Below are positions 48,101-53,196 of a stretch of 64,000 bases of DNA, in pieces. This DNA is from Candidatus Woesearchaeota archaeon (lineage in GTDB: Archaea > Nanobdellota > Nanobdellia > Woesearchaeales > ARS49). A program made the position numbers and the translations under genes. Below the pieces are notes generated by a model. That model had not been told where the DNA came from, ran no database searches, and saw nothing but the letters and a program-made list of their open reading frames with translations. The stretch covers positions 32,541 through 96,540 of the forward strand of contig JASMHM010000001.1 of NCBI GenBank assembly GCA_030750765.1. Reading direction: 5' to 3'. How positions within the stretch are numbered: position 1 is the stretch's first letter; each line of letters opens with the position of its first letter.

Positions 48101-51100
48101 TGGTTGACATCAGCAACAAAGGCAACAACGGTTCATGTGCCACCACCACCTGCCCCACCCTAAACGGAAGCGCAGGAAAGTACGGAGGAGCCTACGAATT
48201 TGACGGAGACAATGACTTCATAGACGTCGGCACAGATGCTAGCCTCTTCTCAGACGTCTTCACTGCGGCAGTATGGATCTACCCACATGCCTACGAAAAT
48301 GGCCACGACAGAATTATACAACAAGGAACAGCAGGTGATGGTGATGGAGGAGGATGGGGAATCGAATGGGATGCTGCAGCAGATTCAGGACAAGACAGAG
48401 CATACGGAGTCATATGGAACGGAGGGTCATCCACAAGAGCAGCGCCCGCCGGAACCATGGCATTGGACACCTGGCACCACGTCACCCTAGCATATGACGG
48501 AGGCAGCAATAGTGCAACACTCTATGTGAACGGTGAACAAGACGGCACCGCAACATCTGCAATGACCAGACCATCAACCATCAACTTTGCAGTAGGAAAG
48601 CGACCAGGCGGCGCTAACAATTTCAACGGACGAATAGAACAGGTCCAGCTATGGAACAAGACATTCAACGCAGAAGAGGTACGAGCACTCTACGAATCTA
48701 ACCTGCAAAGAATGAACGAAACGCACTGGGAACTATGGATAAACCGAACAGAACTCAGCAACTCCACATACAACTACAGCGTAGAAGTACAGGACGCCTC
48801 TGGAAACGCAAACGACTCAGGCCGAAGACTCATCACCCTAGCAGGAACAATAGCAGATACCCAAGCACCAAACGTGACAAGCGTGAACGTCACCCCTGAA
48901 AATGGCAGCCAAGGAACCACCTTCAGAATCCAAGCGAACGTAACCGACAACAACGGAACCGACATAGTGCTGGCCAACATCACCTACCCCAACGCAAGCT
49001 CCTTCACCATCCCACTAGTGAACGAAACAGGAGTTGAGTACAACAACACCGTAACCTTCACCATCAACGACGTAGAAGGACTATACAACATCACCATCAT
49101 AGCCAACGACACCTTAGACAACGTCAACAACACAGTAACGACAAACTTCACCGTAACAGACCTCACCACCCCAACGGTTATCGCAGAAAACGTAACCCCT
49201 GGAGTAGATGGAACTAACTCACCCTACAACATAAGCGTGAATGTCACCGACAACATAGCATCTGCAGAACGCGTGGACACCGTGCTTGCCAATGTTACTT
49301 ACGTCAACGGAAGCACAAACCTACTTACTATGACCAACGGAACAAACACCACGTTTAACGTTTCCTTGACCCTAGACACCACCGCACCTGTTGGCGTGTA
49401 CAACATAACCTTCATAGCAAACGACACCAGTAACAATATCAACAACACAATACGTACAAACTTCACCATCAACAGCACGTCAGGATTGGCAGATGCGCCA
49501 GATGACACAGACACATCAGGATACATCATCGAAGGCGATGTTAACGCGACCATCAACATTACCAAAGACTATCCAGTAGATCAGTTCGTGAACTTTACAG
49601 ATGACACCCTCGGACTAAGACTACGGCTGAAGGCACTGTTCTCCCAAGGTCCAGTGAACTTCAGCAAGCTCATCATTGAAGCAGACGGCACCAACACCGC
49701 CATAAACACAACAGGAATCACAGGCGTTGATCCCGTACACTTCGTCGTCCTACCCAACACACTCGCCGAAGGATTGTTCGTCTGTCCACAAGCACAAACA
49801 TTAGAAGAAGTGACCACCGATTGTGCAAACATCACCATCTTCACCTACCAAGAAGCAGTACAAGGAACCATCAAGAACGGTTACAACGTAAGCTTGCTTG
49901 GAAACTTCCTCATCGGAAACATGACCGGAAGCGGAGCAGGAGAAGGAGATCTTACCCTACCAAACGTGACCGCAAACGTCACCCCTATCAGCGGAGCCCA
50001 AGCAAATGCGTTCACCATCCTCGCCAACGTCACAGACGACAACAACGTAAGCACCGTGCTAGCAAACATCACCTACCCCAACGGAAGTAGCTTCACCCTG
50101 ACCTTGGTTAACCACACTAACGTAGAATTCAACAACACATATACTCCTGCCTTGACAGACGCCACAGGAAGGTACAACGTCACCATACTTGCCAATGACT
50201 CAAGCGACAACGTCAACAACACAGTAACGACAAACTTCACCGTGACAGATGCTTCACTACCTGGACTTACCAACCTCAGCCCAAGCGGAGTGGCCTTCAA
50301 CCAACGACAAGACATCAACATCACAGCCAACGTGACGGACAACACCAACGTTAGCGTAGTCAGAGCCAACATCACTCAGCCAGCAGGCGATTCAGTAATC
50401 GTAACACTCATACAAAGCAGCACAGACATCTTCAACGCAACCTACGCAGACGCCGACCAACTAGGCAACTACACATTGCAATACCTAGCAAACGACACCT
50501 CTGACAACGTGAACGACAGCAGCATCATCTACTTCCGGGTTAATGACAGCCACGCGCCAAACGTCACCAGCGTTGCCAGCGCCCCCACGACAGGAGACCA
50601 AGGCGCCACCTTCAACATCAGTGCAGTCGTGATAGACAACGCAAACATTAGCCAAGTCTTTATGAACATCACCGGACCCGGTACAGGCGTCTACCTCCAG
50701 ATGAGAAATGTTTCGTCCACCTACAATGAGCTTTTCAACACCACCACAAGCACCGCTGCAGGAATCTGGACCGCGACAATCTACGCAAACGACACCTCAG
50801 GACTCATCAACCGCACAGCCAGCGCCACCTTCACGGTCACCGAACCAAGCACCACCACCCCAACAACAGGAGGAGCGGGCGGAAGTAGTGGAGGCGGCGG
50901 AGGCAGAAGTATCGTTCCACAGCCAGAGCCAGTAGCACCAACGTTCCCAGCAGCAGTGCTCCCAGAGCTACCCATACCATCACTCCCAGAGCCAACCGGC
51001 GGAGCAGTCTCCCCACCCGAGCTGCCAAACGTCACCGTACCCGCAGGTCCAGGAAAACCAACCGAAGAGCCAACAATGACCCCCGTACCTGAACAAGACA

Positions 51101-53091
51101 AGATACCAGCAGCCTTCCTCCTCGTACTGCTGCTCATCATCTGCGCTCTCCTTGCAGGAATCTACTACAAGAAACGCACCCGCCAGCCAATTACGAAGCA
51201 GAAAGTCACCCAGGACGCCAGAGGCATCAGACTACAAAGAATGCTCTCCTACCTAGCCAAGAAAGCCGCTAGCGAGACTGCAAGCGCAGCCCACGCACTC
51301 ACCCTACGACTCCGCAGAACCCGCCCTGTAAGCGGAATCATCAGCATTGCCAAGCTAATTTCCTTCTGGCGCAAGCCAACACCAGGCCAAGTCAAGGCAA
51401 GACTTGCCACCCTCGAACACGAAGCCAAGAGCATCCACAAAGAGAACCTCGGAAGCCTCTCAGATAAGATCAAACATCTCGAAGAGAGCGCACTCTCCAC
51501 TATCAAGAGTACTGCTGGAACACTCAAGGAAAGAGCACCCACACTCAAGAAGCACGTCACCCAACTAGAAAGGGAAGAAGAGAAGAGCATCAAACACGAA
51601 GCAAAAGACCTCAGACAAGATCTAGCCCAAGCAGAACGCGAGGAAGAGCACGTCAAGACCAAGATCAGTCAAGCATCCAAGACAGAAGACCTGCGAGAAA
51701 AGGCCAAACACCTCATCAGTCTCGAGTTCAGCCTCAGACCACTCAAGGCCCGCGTAGAAAGGATCAAAGAACGAATCCATGACATCCACATCCACAAAGA
51801 TAGCGTGCTAGCCCAGCGCTTCGAGATCATGGAGATGAGCATCCAACACCTCGAGCACCGCTTCAAAGATCGTGCAGAAGCAGCAGTGGAAGCAGGCGCC
51901 ACCGAGGGAATCGAACTCTCAGAAGCGGGCGTGGACGCCATCAAGCACACACTCTACTGGGCGTTACAACACGCCACCGCAGCAGGCAGAGTAGGCATCC
52001 AGACAGCCGGCAAGGGAATAGGAAAGGTAGAAAGAGCAGGCAAGGCAGGCGTCACGCTCAGCGCCACTGCAGCAAGCGCAGCAGCAAAAACAACAGCGAT
52101 GGCCTTGCACAAGGGCCTCACCAGCATCGAACACGCAGCAGTAGGAGGCGCAGCACTCAGCGCGGCAGCTGCAAAAACAACAGCAAGAGTTCTTGGAAAG
52201 GGCACCTCCACCTTGGAACACGCAGCAATCGGCGGAGTAGCACTAAGCGCAGGAGCAGCCGCCACATTAGTCAACGCACTCGCCCACTACGCACGCGCAC
52301 TAGAACAGCGAAGTGTGAACCGCGCCACCCAAGAAATCAAGAGCTTGACCAACGAAATCAGAGAGGCAGAACAAGAGCTCATCAGCAACATCAAGCAAGC
52401 AGTCAAAGAAATAGCCACAGAGCTCACCACATTCGAAAGGCGTACGATAAAGACAGCAAAGGATGAAGTCAAAGAGGTCAAGGAAGGCGCAAGAGATCTT
52501 GAGCACCAAGAAGTCAGCACCATCAAGCAGGAATCCCACGAGCTAGCCAGAGAACTGTCCAGCATCGAACGTGGCTCCATCGCACAGGTACAAGCTAAAC
52601 TGCACCACATCAAGGACGACCTCCACCAGAAGGAAAGAAGCGCAGTAACCCTAGCTGGCCACGTCATCCATGACATCATGCACAAAATCACGCTAGCGGA
52701 AGCTAGCCATGTCAACGCCATCGAGACCAGAATTGACAGGGTCCGCACCAAGATCTCGCTAATGCGTGCTCGCCACGACGAGTTCGACACACGCATCAAA
52801 TCACTAGACTTCAGCATCGCCCGATTCAAGGAAGAAGAGAAGGAACTCGGCCAGTACATCACCAAAGTCAGACGTAGAGTCAACAAGCTCCCAGACATCA
52901 CATCACACTCACTTTTGGATGAGGAGATTGCACAGATCAAGGCTACCCTAGCCACGATCAAAGCGCACCCAGCGCGAACCAATGTGCACAATCTCTCAAT
53001 CACGCAGGTGGACAAACGCCTGCGAGAAATCATCCAAGAGCTCACTCTCCCAAGAGGTAACACCTCTCGCAAAACACCGCCGCACCAATGA
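33151..53091 (+). CDS. Giant (6,646 aa) sequon-dense surface protein: pilin-like signal, 5 LamG-like modules, about 34 Ig-like repeats, Pro-rich stalk, one TM helix, 640-aa coiled-coil cytoplasmic tail
   Basis: A single uninterrupted ORF with a TTG start and GAGGGG 8 nt upstream. N-terminus (M)KKG/VTVVAILLIGLLASTFL. LamG-type signatures: VDEFRVWNRSLS, LDQVRIWNRSLS, IDEVRIWNRTLS, IDEVRIWNRSLS, IEQVQLWNKTFN. The repeat consensus is PNVT..V.QPNGTAHNG.INITVNVTDN.LPTN.HVD.VLA.ITPPNGSAS.Y.L.M.NGS.GG.TYN.TF....DGNYT.TFLANDT. TM helix IPAAFLLVLLLIICALLAGIYY, followed by KKRTRQ. Confidence 0.9.
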   Translation: MKKGVTVVAILLIGLLASTFLIGGEGITGFIPAVWLDESFYTTTVGESVLVNISDALQDGENASIKVDVPLEINYLLDGENLILTPTHSGNFAVRLAKANSTVTLTLVVEEGLPDLSLLPDLTETAELELIDEPVNQTLNESVNETILNTTVNESPPIVLDFPNLSLIPDLTENVTEGPEVVLNISNTTIAPSPVPTNVTGSSDDEIFNYNFLLIPKSMQVRDNRITGDVGSLRFRERQNYTNIHACLIAESQIIGLDSELCPQMNTSAEITLLDVPGPTIHYSHNGKDFLLCSGLSDPACTDIRYDGQNVTFNVSHFTIFTVLKEPPALGASASSCTGTPDTPTCNGFGDEESCNAQCGCTYNAGYYMCNADVDCSACDNDETGCDFWEQMVMCEWDPGSPAPGSTANAIPTASKPVLNSSNIGNNNTNQNLTFYTTITDDDTGDIHTNISVWYMNGSPTVLYYLPFEGWNQSKENFSFEYAYENHANVTNTNWQNITDSKVGRSYSINSTDNGNSHIAMNNTHTSLANFTVELWVKPELFKATMFTSACGDINSGCQIVSISNNFVLGIGWGIPFCQTSGGSYNIFANGSSNIIDGGWTHLACVNRQDRLELYVNGTLVDSTPHRIGDTETIDTSGSAVMIGADRTGGANLYNGTVDEFRVWNRSLSADMISLIYTKTKDGDNLHTMHASETRPGENWSVNLTVNDWRMDSASNMSNNVQIQGDNNVTNTIEAFEIFVLNSSEVTLNGTDENLSIIVNSTKNDSGDHSTNITVWYLNGSPILLHYLPFEAYNERQSFKTREYVRGSEANVTNATFLNGSGRVGSAYAFNTSDRPDLPNNIYTSYIALNNTAPEFSNFTIDMWVSKPQPDSAGIGETTCDATRSDPDTDPVKYCTMLSIGSNIEMRVSEGFAQCSWFTQNTLNSSTSISGKDWTHVACVYNQLGMAIYVNGTEEGSMNRSCGGTVTICEGIGDEEGCDAQDGCTWNEAICEGAATQCDQMSLSACPNQQGCAQNIFESWTAETNKSPIIIGADTSKTKGFNGSLDQVRIWNRSLSVDQISQIWTEEKEGNSFYTLRANETQTLDIWTANVTPNDGVQDGPSVMLNSITINQTGGEGGGPPPHVDEKLPPNVSYLNVSMPDGGAQLNVLNITVNITSEHSTNINVSVVLFQITPPNGTASTYNVTVDNGTATHTYNLTFNVPNFWQDGQYNVSVFANDTADLINNSIYTEFNINSVPNVSFLTVGQPDGTAQGNFVNVTVNVTDNNLPSNLQVDQVLINITPPNGSAYTIKVDNGSFGGDAYNLSFLTTIQDEHGTWTAHAIANDTNNNRNTTITQTFSITDTTAPNVTTLSVSQPNGTGHSGLVNITVNISDNIAAAERVDKVFATITPPNGSASAYNLTMSNGSNGGMTFNTTFIIPPVDADGNYTITVYANDTSDNVNDTISLQFLVATVPNVTTPSVVQPNGTVFNGLVNITVNVSDQALETNNHVDVVLAQITPPNGTASSYNLTMTNGSNGGITYNVTFVVPSVEADGNYTITFLANDTGGNLNDSISFQYQLAIVPNVSFHSIVQPNGTAHKGLINLTVNVSDNNLPTNRHVDQVLANITPPNGSASAYTLGMSNGSNGGTTYNLTFILTGIEEDGNYTVTFLANDTGNFLNNSEQIQFRIDTVPNVTEANVTQPSGTTGGNMVNVTINVTDNQLPTNHHIGEVLANITPPNGAVNAYTRIMTNGSSGGITYNYTFDTESFATVGTWEVQFIANDTGANVNSSNKTSFQVTAAADSTPVNVSTLNVTQPAGPVQNNIINITVNVTSSSSSNDDVAEVIANITYPNGSSYETYIDNGTNGGVQYNYTFLTTTQDEHGAWTVNIIGNDTAGNANTTLSTTFNVTDTQVPNVTTLSVVQPNGTGHNILVNLTVNVSDNIASAERVDKVFAQITPPNGSASSYNLTMSNGSDGGDTFNVTFFVDDIQASGNYTVTVYTNDTSGNVNDTISAQFRVELVPNVTEPAITQPNGTAHNGFINITVNVTDNQLPTNRHVNEVLAQITPPNGSASSYNLSMANDSLGGNTYNLTFVIPDIDASGNYTVLFIADDTGDSVNNTISLQFQVATIPNVTEKLVTQPNGTAHGGFINITVNVTDNQLPTNRHVDQVLASITPPNGSASQYNLSMSNGSNGGITYNLTFVIPPTDADGNYTVTFVVNDTGGFYNNSITTSFRLDIAPNVTTPAVTQPDTVVRGSTINITVNISDQGLETNNHIDVVLAQITPPNGTASSYNLTMTNGSSGGITYNLTFDLPPEDEDGNYTVTFLANDTGGNLNNTISIQFKRSIVPNVSFHSIVQPNGSLTNGLINITVNVTDNALPTNNHIDVVLANITPPNGSASAYTLSMTNGSDGGITYNLTLILPDLSEDGNYTITFLANDTDNNLNNSEGLQFKKAVVPNASFANVVQPNGTAHNGIINITVNITDNNLPTNRHVDQVLANITPPNGSASAYTLRMSNGSEGGNTYNLSFSISDISEDGNYTVTFLANDTGGNLNNSITTSFRVDTVPNVTQLSVLQPDGTGQGTMVNITVNITDNQLETNRHVDTVLVNITPPNGSASAYTLSTTNGSSGGITYNLTFDVDTVAEPGTYDITILANDTGGNLNNTITSTFEVTVVDTTPPNVSFLAIVQPNGTAHNGLVNVTVNVTSEWSSNENITNVFAQVVPPNGSASSYNLTMTNGSNGGITYNVSFIIPLVDESGNYTITIYANDTGDVVNDTISSNFNVELTPNVTTPTIIQPNGTAHNGFINITVNVTDNQLPTNNFVDVVLAQITPPNGSASSYNLTMNNDSLRGNTYNVTFFVDDVAASGNYTVLFLANDTSGNLNNTISLQFQVATIPNVTEKLVTQPNGTAHGGFINITVNVTDNQLPTNRHVDQVLANITPPNGSESAYTLSMNNDSLGGNTYNLTFIIPATDADGNYTVTFLANDSGNFLNNTITTSFRVDIAPNVTTPAVTQPDTVVRGSTINITVNISDQGLETNNHIDVVLAQITPPNGTASSYNYTMTNGSNGGITYNLTFDLPPEDADGNYTITFLANDTGGNLNNTISLQFKRSIVPNVSFHSITQPNGSIAGGLVNITVNVTDNSLPTNQHIDVVLANITAPNGSASAYTLTTANDSNGGTTYNVTLIIPSIYEDGNYTVTFLANDTDNNLNNTEGLQFQIATVPNVSFHAVDQPSGTSHNGLINLTVNVTDNSLPTNRYVDVVLANITPPNGSDYAYTLTMTNGSNGGTTYNISFIFPGIKEDGNYTITFLANDTGGNLNNSEQIQFRLATVPNVSFINITQPTGSERGRVVNITVNVTDNSLPTNHHIAVVLANITPPNGSDSSYTLTMTNGSDGGDVYNVSFIIPSFYGEGTYNITILANDTADNRNNSVTANWTITKRPPSINYTSPTLASDTSTNSNFTEVNITLNEPSLANLTFNWNGTDFTMYNDSLSLIMNFGNRSSIGESETTIADVSHYGNNGTCSGTTCPIVNSSGRYGTALNFDGSNDYVAFDNELAADYPFTVSLWFRRKASKDQALIQIHDGSSLSTEAFRMYITSTDVLRAAVRDGGSTLGIAEATKTTQQDVWHHATGVFASQTDRRVFLDGENKGTNTASAGPPVGINMTFIGQLRNTVWNYNGLIDEVRIWNRTLSDKEVKMLYESDLQKINSTDWKLWVNRTNLPVATYNHSAEAQDTSGNTNSTIIRTMTVTLAAIDAIPPNVSFLSIVQPNTTSHNGLINITVNVTSESETNVNISQVLAQITPPNGTGYNLSMANDSLGGLTYNATFIIDDVAASGNYTVVIIANDTAKNINLTVQSSFRVDLVPNVTQLSVLQPDGTKQGNLVNVTVNVTDNQLETNRHVDVVLLNITPPNGSVNAYTVVMTNGSNGGITYNVSFITLNKETLGTYRVQVLANDTGGNLNTTTNTTYEIITADAAAPNISQDNTTVNPLSAAQGTEFTIYTNATDDIGVSAVLAEIQFPNNGSSFNLTLVNHTAVDYNITYTPGLVDMYGEYNVTIIANDTNENINNSIRTNFTVTDLTEPTVTNLNISNSTGDAGTAFNISVNITDNINDTSRVDKVFANVTFRNGSNQLFTMSLHSGVRYNVTFTPEASAPGGVYNVTILANDTSDNLNDTIKLNFTVAATPHVAETQPPNVSQTNTTALPASSQNGTTFTITTNVTDNNITNIVLANITYPNSSSFLITLINHTSVDYNQTYKHPPEDATGTYNITIIANDTTDNTNNSISTNFTITQAHTVDTQPPNVSQTNTTATDNSQVQGSTFTITTNVTDNNITNIVLANITYPNESSFVITLVNHTAVDYNNTYTHPYYDGHGTYNVTIIANDTTDNTNNSISTNFTVTKRVPAINYTTPTLGNATQVNINYAEVNISIDEPQLQQVNFNWNNTNFSMYNDSLVLMMNFDNVSSIGDNITNSIDLSRYGNNGTLEGNAQYNCTSPRYGCSTKFDGDNDAIDVGNDKSLDLGTSFTLSAWVYVFSHDPDYSFLITKDAGSAASGSYDLGFKNSKPYIAISDGGWAEYVADAPLPLNTWQHIVGVRDSGNNLHIYVDSVLNKTFAGVKTPQTITTPVVIGVRDDNAYDYDGLIDEVRIWNRSLSEDEVTFMYESNLRKVNGSHWEVWVNRTGLPDTAYNFSAGVTDTSGNINTTEERLINISVGALHIADAQPPNVSQDNTTVTPVSGDNGTTFRIDTNVTDNNQTALIVDRVLANITYPNTSSFLLELFNGTGTDYNNTYEHPIEDATGVYNVTIIANDTTNNVNRSISTNFTINLAHVGDTQPPNVTNVNATPENGTQGQIFTIYANVTDNNVTNIVIANITFPNRSSFTITLANRTIVDYNNTYEHAYYDAAGLYNITIIANDTTDNTNNSISANFTVLKRPPSAIYTSPTRDNNTQISRNFTEINISLEEPKLANVTFTWNSTPYVLYNESLQLLLNFDNRSQIGENQTRMVDISNKGNNGSCATTTCPTLNGSAGKYGGAYEFDGDNDFIDVGTDASLFSDVFTAAVWIYPHAYENGHDRIIQQGTAGDGDGGGWGIEWDAAADSGQDRAYGVIWNGGSSTRAAPAGTMALDTWHHVTLAYDGGSNSATLYVNGEQDGTATSAMTRPSTINFAVGKRPGGANNFNGRIEQVQLWNKTFNAEEVRALYESNLQRMNETHWELWINRTELSNSTYNYSVEVQDASGNANDSGRRLITLAGTIADTQAPNVTSVNVTPENGSQGTTFRIQANVTDNNGTDIVLANITYPNASSFTIPLVNETGVEYNNTVTFTINDVEGLYNITIIANDTLDNVNNTVTTNFTVTDLTTPTVIAENVTPGVDGTNSPYNISVNVTDNIASAERVDTVLANVTYVNGSTNLLTMTNGTNTTFNVSLTLDTTAPVGVYNITFIANDTSNNINNTIRTNFTINSTSGLADAPDDTDTSGYIIEGDVNATINITKDYPVDQFVNFTDDTLGLRLRLKALFSQGPVNFSKLIIEADGTNTAINTTGITGVDPVHFVVLPNTLAEGLFVCPQAQTLEEVTTDCANITIFTYQEAVQGTIKNGYNVSLLGNFLIGNMTGSGAGEGDLTLPNVTANVTPISGAQANAFTILANVTDDNNVSTVLANITYPNGSSFTLTLVNHTNVEFNNTYTPALTDATGRYNVTILANDSSDNVNNTVTTNFTVTDASLPGLTNLSPSGVAFNQRQDINITANVTDNTNVSVVRANITQPAGDSVIVTLIQSSTDIFNATYADADQLGNYTLQYLANDTSDNVNDSSIIYFRVNDSHAPNVTSVASAPTTGDQGATFNISAVVIDNANISQVFMNITGPGTGVYLQMRNVSSTYNELFNTTTSTAAGIWTATIYANDTSGLINRTASATFTVTEPSTTTPTTGGAGGSSGGGGGRSIVPQPEPVAPTFPAAVLPELPIPSLPEPTGGAVSPPELPNVTVPAGPGKPTEEPTMTPVPEQDKIPAAFLLVLLLIICALLAGIYYKKRTRQPITKQKVTQDARGIRLQRMLSYLAKKAASETASAAHALTLRLRRTRPVSGIISIAKLISFWRKPTPGQVKARLATLEHEAKSIHKENLGSLSDKIKHLEESALSTIKSTAGTLKERAPTLKKHVTQLEREEEKSIKHEAKDLRQDLAQAEREEEHVKTKISQASKTEDLREKAKHLISLEFSLRPLKARVERIKERIHDIHIHKDSVLAQRFEIMEMSIQHLEHRFKDRAEAAVEAGATEGIELSEAGVDAIKHTLYWALQHATAAGRVGIQTAGKGIGKVERAGKAGVTLSATAASAAAKTTAMALHKGLTSIEHAAVGGAALSAAAAKTTARVLGKGTSTLEHAAIGGVALSAGAAATLVNALAHYARALEQRSVNRATQEIKSLTNEIREAEQELISNIKQAVKEIATELTTFERRTIKTAKDEVKEVKEGARDLEHQEVSTIKQESHELARELSSIERGSIAQVQAKLHHIKDDLHQKERSAVTLAGHVIHDIMHKITLAEASHVNAIETRIDRVRTKISLMRARHDEFDTRIKSLDFSIARFKEEEKELGQYITKVRRRVNKLPDITSHSLLDEEIAQIKATLATIKAHPARTNVHNLSITQVDKRLREIIQELTLPRGNTSRKTPPHQ
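39460..40176 (+). repeat. Near-identical segmental duplication, copy A (717 nt)
   Basis: It matches 41758..42474 at a constant offset of 2298 nt. It includes an exact run of more than 45 nt (caattccaagtggctaccatccctaacgtgactgaaaaactcgtcac). Confidence 0.8.
41758..42474 (+). repeat. Near-identical segmental duplication, copy B
   Basis: See copy A. Both ends align (caattccaag at 39460/41758; ggaagc at 40171/42469). Confidence 0.8.
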
Positions 53092-53167
53092 AGGTATTGG
53101 GAGTACCGGAGGCCGGCACTTTTCTTATCACAGCACCATGACGAATCTACGGAAAACGTTCACAAGG

Positions 53168-53175
53168 CTTTAAAG
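53168..53175 (+). promoter_or_regulatory. TATA box
   Basis: caaggctttaaag, about 26 nt upstream of ATG 53197. Confidence 0.5.
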
Positions 53176-53196
53176 TCGTCAAGACTAATCCAGAGT

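Noticed and set aside
33411-53072. Dozens of minus-strand and off-frame ORFs inside the giant gene
   Set aside because: The repetitive, A/C-rich coding strand depletes stop codons in other frames. The products are low-complexity (Val/Leu/Met/Thr runs) and repeat with the same period as the sense gene.
33151-53091. Giant gene as a target of a diversity-generating retroelement
   Set aside because: There is no reverse transcriptase gene and no template-repeat/variable-repeat pair with adenine-specific differences in the window. Repeat differences are spread over all bases.
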